This document shows positions 15,307 to 21,784 of a stretch of DNA of 33,378 nt, piece by piece. Position numbers and translations under genes: made by a program. The stretch comes from Acutalibacteraceae bacterium (GTDB lineage: Bacteria > Bacillota > Clostridia > Oscillospirales > Acutalibacteraceae), in NCBI GenBank assembly GCA_045648125.1, contig JAZRNJ010000275.1, positions 1 through 33,378 on the forward strand. The letters are read 5' to 3'. Within the stretch, counting starts at the first letter, position 1. Every line of letters begins with the position of its first letter. Under the pieces are notes generated by a model. It was given only the letters and a program-made list of their open reading frames with translations. It was not told the origin of the DNA and made no database searches.

Positions 15307-15475
15307 GCAAATCAAACAAATGAGTCTTGATGAAATGGCAAGATTTTTCAGTGACCTTACACACAGCGGTGCTTATGATTCTTTCGGATTCAGACCCAAA
15401 AAAGAATGTGACAGCAACTGTAAGAAATGCGTAAAAGAATGGCTTGAAAGAGAGGCTACTACATATAATGACTAA
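15293..15475 (+). CDS. Hypothetical protein (60 aa)
   Basis: Overlapping start with SD AGGGG. Confidence 0.5.
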   Translation: MNLYEQIKQMSLDEMARFFSDLTHSGAYDSFGFRPKKECDSNCKKCVKEWLEREATTYND

Positions 15476-15749
15476 AAAGAGATTTATCAAGTTGGTTATG
15501 TCTAAAGGCAAAGGGAGAAACGAGGCTCAAAAAATCGCATCAGCTTACAATTCTCGGAGAATTTCCTACGATAAAGCATATAAAATTTTCAGGATGTTTA
15601 ATTGCTTAGCGGTTACATTCATCAAATGTAAAGCTGCCACTAAAAGATTTATTGATGCGGTAAAGAGTGCGATAAGAGAGGTTGAAAAATTGAAAAATCT
15701 CGCACTTGCGGACAAGCCTACAGTTGAGACTGAGGTGAAGCGGGAATGA
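15468..15749 (+). CDS. Hypothetical protein (93 aa)
   Basis: ATG 15468 (MTKKRFIKLV..) overlaps the upstream stop. Confidence 0.5.
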   Translation: MTKKRFIKLVMSKGKGRNEAQKIASAYNSRRISYDKAYKIFRMFNCLAVTFIKCKAATKRFIDAVKSAIREVEKLKNLALADKPTVETEVKRE

Positions 15750-15991
15750 AAGTACATCCATACTGGAAAGAAAAGATAAACAAACTTTTCGGGATAAAAG
15801 GACCGTCACAGGTATTTAAGTCGTTGGGTGTGTTCTTTGGTTATGGTCTTATTTTAGGTCAGATGCAACAAAAGATGAATGAGATTGATTATAAAAACAA
15901 AAAGGTCAGTATGGGAGTCATACATCTTCCTGAGAATCCTTTCAAAAGGGCTTTCAATGATTTTAAAGTAATGAAGGAATGGTACGATTAA
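15746..15991 (+). CDS. Hypothetical protein (81 aa)
   Basis: ATGA overlap with the previous gene. Confidence 0.5.
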   Translation: MKVHPYWKEKINKLFGIKGPSQVFKSLGVFFGYGLILGQMQQKMNEIDYKNKKVSMGVIHLPENPFKRAFNDFKVMKEWYD

Positions 15992-16032
15992 ATGAAATAT
16001 ATATATACACGAAGCGGGAGGGAACGGTGAAG

Positions 16033-16512
16033 ATGCAGAATAAATATAAACTCCCTGATGATGTGAGAGAAACAGTAATCAGACTTGTTAAAGGCTACGA
16101 GCGAAGAAAAAAGAAGATTTCAGATGAAGAAAATGAAATCTGTTCAATCGGTGGCGGAAGATATGAAAGCGTTCGCAATGAAAACGGAGATGAAGAGCGT
16201 GTTTTTCAGCCGTCAGGCAAAGGTGGAAAATCAACACCTGTGGAACATCAGGCAGAAGCAATGATTAAATTACATAACAGTTTTGATTATCGTTGTGTCA
16301 AAGCCATTGATGAAGCACTTGATGAACTGCCGTTGAGCCATTTTGATGAACGAGTTTCAGCAAAAATCAGACAGTGTATGATTATATCCTGCGTATTAGG
16401 AAAAAAATTCAAATTCCGTTATTCAGGTATTATCGGTATCGAACACGACCGATTTTATAAAATTCGCTCAAAATTCTTGTTTTTGATAGCAAAAAAACTT
16501 GAATTGCTGTAA
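16033..16512 (+). CDS. Hypothetical protein; putative late-gene regulator by position
   Basis: GGGAGGG followed by ATG 16033 (or GTG 16027). It is the last forward gene before the packaging module. KLPDDVRETVIRLVKGYERRKKKI is reminiscent of ArpU/RinA-type activators; the functional call rests on position only. Confidence 0.4.
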   Translation: MQNKYKLPDDVRETVIRLVKGYERRKKKISDEENEICSIGGGRYESVRNENGDEERVFQPSGKGGKSTPVEHQAEAMIKLHNSFDYRCVKAIDEALDELPLSHFDERVSAKIRQCMIISCVLGKKFKFRYSGIIGIEHDRFYKIRSKFLFLIAKKLELL

Positions 16513-16573
16513 AAGAGAATACAGTGGAACGAAAAAAGGTGCTAAAATAGTATTATGGACAATTAAGAAAACA

Positions 16574-16603
16574 CAAACGGCAGAGAAAAATCCCTGCCGT
16601 TTG
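16574..16603. terminator. Bidirectional intrinsic terminator (ends the early operon and the reverse RHH gene)
   Basis: caaacggcag / ctgccgtttg stem. T-rich tails follow on both strands (TTTGTGTTTT on the minus strand). Confidence 0.65.
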
Positions 16604-16611
16604 ATATGTGG

Positions 16612-16794
16612 TTATTCTTCAATGTTAAGATATTGCTTTATAGCATTTCTGAAAAAGTCAGCTTTTTTAATGCCGTCTTCTTTCAGTTTTGCTTCAAAGG
16701 CTTCTACGAATTCTTTCTTGTATTCTACTTTGATTTGTTTATAAGCCTTTGCTTTGTACTTTTTGACAGAGTCAGGATAATAATTATTTGCCAT
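16612..16794 (-). CDS. Ribbon-helix-helix (CopG/Arc-like) small DNA-binding protein
   Basis: 60 aa with SD AAAGGAG. KQIKVEYKKEFVEAFEAKLKEDGIKKADFFRNAIKQYL has a beta-strand/helix/helix pattern typical of RHH antitoxins and regulators. Confidence 0.55.
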   Translation of the reverse strand: MANNYYPDSVKKYKAKAYKQIKVEYKKEFVEAFEAKLKEDGIKKADFFRNAIKQYLNIEE

Positions 16795-16940
16795 TGTTTT
16801 TCTCCTTTGCGAAAGATACTAAATCGTTGATTTGAAGAACAAGCAGTATTGCAAGTGTGCAAACATAGAAAATTTTTAAAAACTTCTTCACTTTTTGAAA
16901 ATGGTGTGATATAATAACATTGTGATAAGTACCCTACTCA

Positions 16941-16963
16941 GGGAGGTTGTCAGCCTCCCTTTT
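16941..16963 (+). terminator. Plus-strand hairpin plus T4, 11 nt beyond the stop of the reverse-strand peptide gene
   Basis: gggagg-ttgtcag-cctccc-tttt. On the minus strand no T-run follows, so it looks plus-strand specific. Confidence 0.5.
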
Positions 16964-16973
16964 CGGTTGGATT

Positions 16974-17063
16974 TTACTTATCCTCTGCGTTCTCGGATAA
17001 TACTTTTACGATTTGCAGTACCGTGAGTATTATACCGAGAATTTTTGTTATTAACTCAACCAT
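16974..17063 (-). CDS. 29-aa hydrophobic peptide (Fst/holin-like type I toxin candidate)
   Basis: Below the ORF-track cutoff. Minus strand: AAAGGAGGTGA, 5 nt, ATG (17063-17061), encoding MVELITKILGIILTVLQIVKVLSENAEDK, with TAA at 16976-16974. One TM helix with a charged tail. Confidence 0.55.
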   Translation of the reverse strand: MVELITKILGIILTVLQIVKVLSENAEDK

Positions 17064-17089
17064 GTTGTTCACCTCCTTTCACTGTCATT

Positions 17090-17118
17090 ATTATATCATA
17101 TTAGTACGAATATGTCAA
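17090..17118 (-). promoter_or_regulatory. Perfect consensus sigma-A promoter driving the hydrophobic peptide
   Basis: Minus strand: TTGACA (17118-17113), exactly 17 nt, TGaTATAAT (hexamer 17095-17090). Confidence 0.7.
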
Positions 17119-17168
17119 TGCTTTTTTGCAAATTTTTTGAAAAAATATAAATATTTTTAAGTTTTTTT

Positions 17169-17191
17169 GCACCCTTTATGGGTGCTTTTTT
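17169..17191 (+). terminator. Plus-strand intrinsic terminator just upstream of the HNH/packaging operon
   Basis: gcaccc-tttat-gggtgc followed by T6. On the minus strand the hairpin is followed by A-runs, so it is plus-strand specific. Confidence 0.6.
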
Positions 17192-17224
17192 GTTGCCTTT
17201 TTTACTTCAAAGGAGTGTAATTTT

Positions 17225-17578
17225 ATGCCGAGAAAACCGAAATCGCCTTGCAGATATCCTGGGTGTCCGAGATTGTGCGAGGGCAGGTATTGCGAGGAAC
17301 ATACAACAAAGGTTAATTACGAATACAACAACCGACAGAGAGACCCGAACACATACAAACGCTATGGAAGCGGGTGGAGAGCGATAAGCAAAGCATATAA
17401 AGAAAAACATCCTCTGTGCGAGGACTGCCTTAAAGAAGGCAGATATGTAGCATCAGAGGAAGTTCACCACATTGTGGCTTTGCGGAACGGCGGAACACAT
17501 TCTTTCAACAACCTGAAAGCGTTGTGCAAGAGTTGTCATTCAAGATATACCCTCGAAGAAAACAGGGGTAGGGGGTAA
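17225..17578 (+). CDS. HNH endonuclease (packaging-associated, HK97 gp74-like)
   Basis: EEVHHIVALRNGGTHSFNNLKALCKSCHS, N-terminal Cys clusters, SD AAAGGAG, and a position immediately upstream of terS. Confidence 0.9.
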   Translation: MPRKPKSPCRYPGCPRLCEGRYCEEHTTKVNYEYNNRQRDPNTYKRYGSGWRAISKAYKEKHPLCEDCLKEGRYVASEEVHHIVALRNGGTHSFNNLKALCKSCHSRYTLEENRGRG

Positions 17579-17591
17579 AAAATCTCTACAG

Positions 17592-17683
17592 TTTGCGGAA
17601 AATTCAACGGCGTTAGGGTATCGTGTAAATTTTCGCAAAAGTTTTAAGGGGTATTAAGAAAAGTTTTAAAAGTTATTAAGAAA
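17592..17683. promoter_or_regulatory. Candidate cos/terminase-recognition region (inverted repeat plus 22-bp tandem repeat)
   Basis: Inverted repeat ttgcggaaaatt (17593-17604) / aattttcgcaa (17628-17638). Tandem repeat aagttttaaGGGGtattaagaa (17639-17660) and aagttttaaAAGTtattaagaa (17661-17682), 19/22 identical. The region lies between HNH and terS. Confidence 0.35.
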
Positions 17684-17694
17684 GGAGCAGAAAT

Positions 17695-18225
17695 ATGGGT
17701 AAAAGAGGACCTAAACCCGGTAGTGGTGGCCGACCACCGAAGGCAATATCAGAGAAAATTATTGAAGGAAACCCGGGAAAAAGAGAGTTAAATGTAGTTG
17801 CTTTCCCTACATCTGAGCAGTCAACAATGCCTAAACCGAGAAAATATTTATCGGAAAAACAGCTTTTTTCAAACCTGAAACTGGATGCAAAGCAGATTTA
17901 TACAGAAACTTGGGAGTGGTTAAAAGAACGTGGTTGTGAACAGCTTGTTTCAAAGACGGTAATAGAGAGATATGCCATTGCTGCAGCAAGAGCAATTCAG
18001 TGTGAACAGTGTATTTCTTCTGAAGGTTTCTTAGCCGAACATCCTACGACTCATGCGGATATTGCTTCTCCTTACGTTACAATTTCAGAAAAATATACGA
18101 AGCAGGCAAATAATATGTGGGGTATGATTTATCAAATAGTTAAAGAAAATTGTTTATCTCCTTTGAATGGTAACGGTTCAAACGAGGACCCAATGGAAAG
18201 TTTACTTAAGAGAAAAGGTGGATAA
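17695..18225 (+). CDS. terS: Terminase small subunit, P27 family
   Basis: MGKRGPKPGSGGRPPKAISEKIIEGNPGKRELN is the characteristic P27-family N-terminus. SD AAAGGAG. Confidence 0.85.
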   Translation: MGKRGPKPGSGGRPPKAISEKIIEGNPGKRELNVVAFPTSEQSTMPKPRKYLSEKQLFSNLKLDAKQIYTETWEWLKERGCEQLVSKTVIERYAIAAARAIQCEQCISSEGFLAEHPTTHADIASPYVTISEKYTKQANNMWGMIYQIVKENCLSPLNGNGSNEDPMESLLKRKGG

Positions 18226-18226
18226 A

Positions 18227-20356
18227 GTGAGGAAAATAAAAATTGATTTTACAAGTTTGAATTGTTTCGATAGTATTTTTGTAGGTTATACCGGAGAACA
18301 CAATGCAACAGAGCTTTTGCTTGTTGTGCCTGAAGAAATGATAAACAAATCTGATTATCAGATAGTTGTTATTCAATCTGGGGCGACTATATTCAAATCA
18401 GATGAAGTAAGAGATGATAACAATAAATCTTATTACAGAAGCGGTAATACAATACACATGAAGCTTGACAAAATGTTTACTCAATTCACAAGGCTTTCTA
18501 TTCAAGTGGAGTTTTTTAAAAGTAATGATTCAGGTGAGGTTGTTCTTATCGCAAAGACTCCTGTGGTACCAAATGTTTTTTTGAAACCATCACCGAACAG
18601 TAATGTTCAAATAGATTTTGAAGGCAATGAAATTGCAACAGTAACAACAAACAAGATTGCAGACGGTGCGGTTACAACTCCAAAGATTGCAGACGAAGCA
18701 GTTACAACAGAAAAGATTGCAGATGAAGCAATTACTCCTGAAAAACTCGACAGAGAATATTTAACCGAACACCAGAGTTTGGAAGGTTATGCTACCGAAG
18801 AATATGTCAATGAGGCAATAGATGACATCAAGTTAAAAGAAGGTTCTGTTACAACAGAAAAGCTCGACAACAATGCAGTAACTGAAGACAAAATTCTTGA
18901 TGGTTCTGTTACACCTGAAAAACTTGACAGAAAATATTTAACCGAACAAGTTCAGTCAGACCACACCCAGAACGACCCGACAAAGCCCGACTATATCAAG
19001 AACAGACTTGCATATTATTGCAGGAAGTTTGAAGACATTCATGCGTTAGAATACAATCCGCCAAAAGCGATGTCTATGACTGCGGATATAGATGAGCAGC
19101 TGTTTATGTATAAAATAGCAGAATATCCCGAAAACGCAAATCCCACAGAGTTGATTGAAGAAATTATAGAACTGAGAATGGCCGATCAAGGTATGAACAT
19201 TAATGATGTCAACTATCAGGACACGGTTATCCGTAAAACTCTCACAAACGAAAACGGTCACACTGTCGGCGCGGTAATTGTGTGCGGTCCTAAGAGCGGA
19301 CAAGCACCTTATGTTTTAGCAGTAAACGATGATAATATAAATGTTTTTTCTACCATATCCTACGAGCAAAATGGCGAAATTCTCGAAATACCGGTCTCTT
19401 TTTATATTACAGAAAAAGGTATTTACGGTATAGTTTTCGAGTCAGAAACAGATGAGAATGATAAAATAGTCAAATGTAGAGGACTAGATACAATTATATT
19501 TAGGAGTGCTAAAAAGATTGACAAGGAATTACTCCCGCCTATGGTTTGGGATGATATTGAAAATAAACCTTTTGGTGAAGTCGATGAAAAACTTATTGAT
19601 GTTACTTTTGACGGCGTAATTCGCGAAGACTCTATCGTTACAAATAGTATCGAACTTGTTGGTAACGTGTTTACCTACGTTAAAGTAGGCGAATTACCTT
19701 ATACATCGGATAAATACATTTCAAAAATACAATCTATTTTAGTGGACATGGGTGGTTATGCACAAACATTTGTTGTACAGGATTTAGATAAGAAGACTTT
19801 CCCAAATGCCGTGATGTTAAGTCATAATGTAGCGTTTACTCTTGTTATTGCCGTTGATGCTCCAGGAGTAATTAACGTCGCTGAAGGTGTAATAGAAATA
19901 GAATGTCCCGAAGCGGGTCTATATTTGGCAGTTGCAAAATCAGGCGAAACATATATGCACGTTGAAGAAATTATTTTTTCGAGTCAAAAAAGACTTGATG
20001 AAAAGTACATGCCCGAAACATATGTCCAAATGCAAAGTGACATTAATCAATACGCAATTGTTAAACAGAAAGTCGATGATCTAGCGTCAAGCGTTGCTGC
20101 TCTTTGGACGGATAAATCAGATTCTTCAGTCGTTACTGCCGTATCAAGAAGCGTCGATAATCTGTCAACAAGAGTCGATAATCTGTCAACAAGAGTCAAT
20201 AATCTGTCAACAGAAATTAATAGTCTGAAAACAGCTATACCCCAAGATTACATGCCCGATGTACCAACAGAGTCCCGAGAAGGTTATTTCTTGCGCGTTG
20301 TCAACGGAAAGTGGGACGCAGTAAAGATTCCAATAGCGGAGGAGGGCGAATACTAA
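18227..20356 (+). CDS. BppU-like tail fibre / baseplate upper protein homologue with fibre repeats and C-terminal coiled coil
   Basis: GTG 18227 behind AAGGTGG. The N-terminal IKIDFTSLN..FVGYTGEHNATELLLVVPEE resembles BppU_N. It has 10-aa repeats KIADGAVTTP/KIADEAVTTE/KIADEAITPE, related GSVTTEKLD and GSVTPEKLD motifs, and heptads SVDNLSTRVDNLSTRVNNLSTEINSLK. Confidence 0.6.
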   Translation: MRKIKIDFTSLNCFDSIFVGYTGEHNATELLLVVPEEMINKSDYQIVVIQSGATIFKSDEVRDDNNKSYYRSGNTIHMKLDKMFTQFTRLSIQVEFFKSNDSGEVVLIAKTPVVPNVFLKPSPNSNVQIDFEGNEIATVTTNKIADGAVTTPKIADEAVTTEKIADEAITPEKLDREYLTEHQSLEGYATEEYVNEAIDDIKLKEGSVTTEKLDNNAVTEDKILDGSVTPEKLDRKYLTEQVQSDHTQNDPTKPDYIKNRLAYYCRKFEDIHALEYNPPKAMSMTADIDEQLFMYKIAEYPENANPTELIEEIIELRMADQGMNINDVNYQDTVIRKTLTNENGHTVGAVIVCGPKSGQAPYVLAVNDDNINVFSTISYEQNGEILEIPVSFYITEKGIYGIVFESETDENDKIVKCRGLDTIIFRSAKKIDKELLPPMVWDDIENKPFGEVDEKLIDVTFDGVIREDSIVTNSIELVGNVFTYVKVGELPYTSDKYISKIQSILVDMGGYAQTFVVQDLDKKTFPNAVMLSHNVAFTLVIAVDAPGVINVAEGVIEIECPEAGLYLAVAKSGETYMHVEEIIFSSQKRLDEKYMPETYVQMQSDINQYAIVKQKVDDLASSVAALWTDKSDSSVVTAVSRSVDNLSTRVDNLSTRVNNLSTEINSLKTAIPQDYMPDVPTESREGYFLRVVNGKWDAVKIPIAEEGEY

Positions 20357-21348
20357 TGAGCGAAGTTTTAATACAAGAAACAACTCTTACAGAAATTGGT
20401 GATGCTATTAGAGAAACCCATAAAATAGAAGGTGCTATATCACCGTTGCAAATGCCGTCTAAGATCAGAGAATCGATTCTCGGTTATTTAGATACCTCGA
20501 TTATAATCGACTGGTGCGCTTGGTTCCAACATGGTCGAAATGTTAATACAGCTGATTATATAAATACAAGTAATGGCATGGTGTTCGATAACATGTTTGA
20601 CGGTTTTGTTTTTCCTGGAGTGAACGAGTATAGCGATGAAGATCTTATGAACATCCTTAGCAGACTCGATTTACGCAAAGGTGTATCCTTTAACCATTTT
20701 TTAGCAAATAATAAGGGCGCTTTTTCGGGAGCTAACACTAAAACTCTTATGACGATAAATGGTTATACGTTCAACTCGTGTTTCGAACAATGTAATGAAA
20801 TGCGTTTTGCGCCTGAGATAATGACTGATAGAGGTGAATTTTTTAGCCGCATGTTTTATGGTTGTGAGTTGCTTATTGGTATCGGGCTTACTAATACAAT
20901 AGACGTTTCGAATGTTAAACCAGAAAATTCAGATAACGCGTTATATTACATGTTTGCAGATTGCCGTAGTCTACAGAGATTAACACTTAAAACAAATAAT
21001 TTGAACAGTGATGCTTTGCAACGAACTTTCTACAATATGACAAGTCTTAAGAATTTGTCTATTAACGGTAAAATAATAGTGAACTCTAATAGTAACGTCG
21101 GGTTAAACGTTGCATATAGTTCTAACCTAACAGTAGAAAGTCTTATTAATTTGTTAGAATCTTTGGAAAACCCAGAGAAAGAAACCACATCATATACAGT
21201 AGCAATTGGAACAACAAATTATAGGAAATTGGAAGCATACATCAGACCTGAAACCATCACCGATGAAAATCCTAACGGTCTCAAATACACAGATGACGAA
21301 GATCATATTTTAAACATAGTTGCAGCTAAAAATATAGTTGTATCATAG
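20356..21348 (+). CDS. DUF285/BspA-type leucine-rich-repeat protein (receptor-binding-like)
   Basis: ATG 20356 (TAATG overlap) behind GGAGGAGGG. Repeated F-x-x-C-x-x-L motifs: MFYGCELLIGIGL, YMFADCRSLQRLTL, TFYNMTSLKNLSI. Confidence 0.55.
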   Translation: MSEVLIQETTLTEIGDAIRETHKIEGAISPLQMPSKIRESILGYLDTSIIIDWCAWFQHGRNVNTADYINTSNGMVFDNMFDGFVFPGVNEYSDEDLMNILSRLDLRKGVSFNHFLANNKGAFSGANTKTLMTINGYTFNSCFEQCNEMRFAPEIMTDRGEFFSRMFYGCELLIGIGLTNTIDVSNVKPENSDNALYYMFADCRSLQRLTLKTNNLNSDALQRTFYNMTSLKNLSINGKIIVNSNSNVGLNVAYSSNLTVESLINLLESLENPEKETTSYTVAIGTTNYRKLEAYIRPETITDENPNGLKYTDDEDHILNIVAAKNIVVS

Positions 21349-21360
21349 GGAGGGTTAATA

Positions 21361-21660
21361 ATGAGTATAAACAATAACTTAGTTGAAAACATCCTGCCTA
21401 ATCTCAATGCTATAAAACGTGTTATAAACGGCGTTTTTTATTTTTGGGAATTATCGGTAACATCAGACGAATATTTATTACACGTTCCGGCTAACGATTA
21501 TAACGGTCTCGATCCGGCTGGTAATGCAGTATACGAACCGTATTATACATACGGTCCTATCAACATACCAACAGAAAACTATGACTGGTCAACAAACCCT
21601 GACGGCTATGAAGCAATTCTCAAATCCACTATTCCGCCTGAAACATTACAAACATTGTGA
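21361..21660 (+). CDS. Hypothetical protein (99 aa)
   Basis: SD GGGAGGG. No family recognised. Confidence 0.6.
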   Translation: MSINNNLVENILPNLNAIKRVINGVFYFWELSVTSDEYLLHVPANDYNGLDPAGNAVYEPYYTYGPINIPTENYDWSTNPDGYEAILKSTIPPETLQTL

Positions 21661-21685
21661 GGAGAAATGAAACTATGATAAAAGT

Positions 21686-21784
21686 TTGTGGAGCGTTGAC
21701 TGTGTGGCAAATGCAGTCATCAAAGGTTGTATAACAATTGATGAATTCAAGGAATTTACGGGATTCAGGTATGCGGAAACTTGA
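21686..21784 (+). CDS. XkdX-like micro-protein (start uncertain: TTG 21686, or ATG 21675 plus a frame change in the A-run)
   Basis: This frame reads (NYDKS)LWSVDCVANAVIKGCITIDEFKEFTGFRYAET, matching the XkdX pattern W..v..aV.kG.IT.eEy.eITG..Y. The well-placed GAGGAG (21660-21665) plus ATG 21675 is in a different frame (+1 nt needed). Confidence 0.45.
   Translation: MWSVDCVANAVIKGCITIDEFKEFTGFRYAET

Noticed and set aside
16947-17000. 17-aa hydrophobic plus-strand ORF (TTG) opposite the 29-aa peptide gene
   Set aside because: The GGGAGG directly abuts the TTG with zero spacing and forms the terminator stem. The hydrophobicity is the expected mirror of the opposite-strand codons.
18227-21348. 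Diversity-generating retroelement targeting the fibre or LRR genes
   Set aside because: There is no reverse transcriptase, no template-repeat/variable-repeat pair, and no adenine-specific mismatched repeat anywhere in the window.
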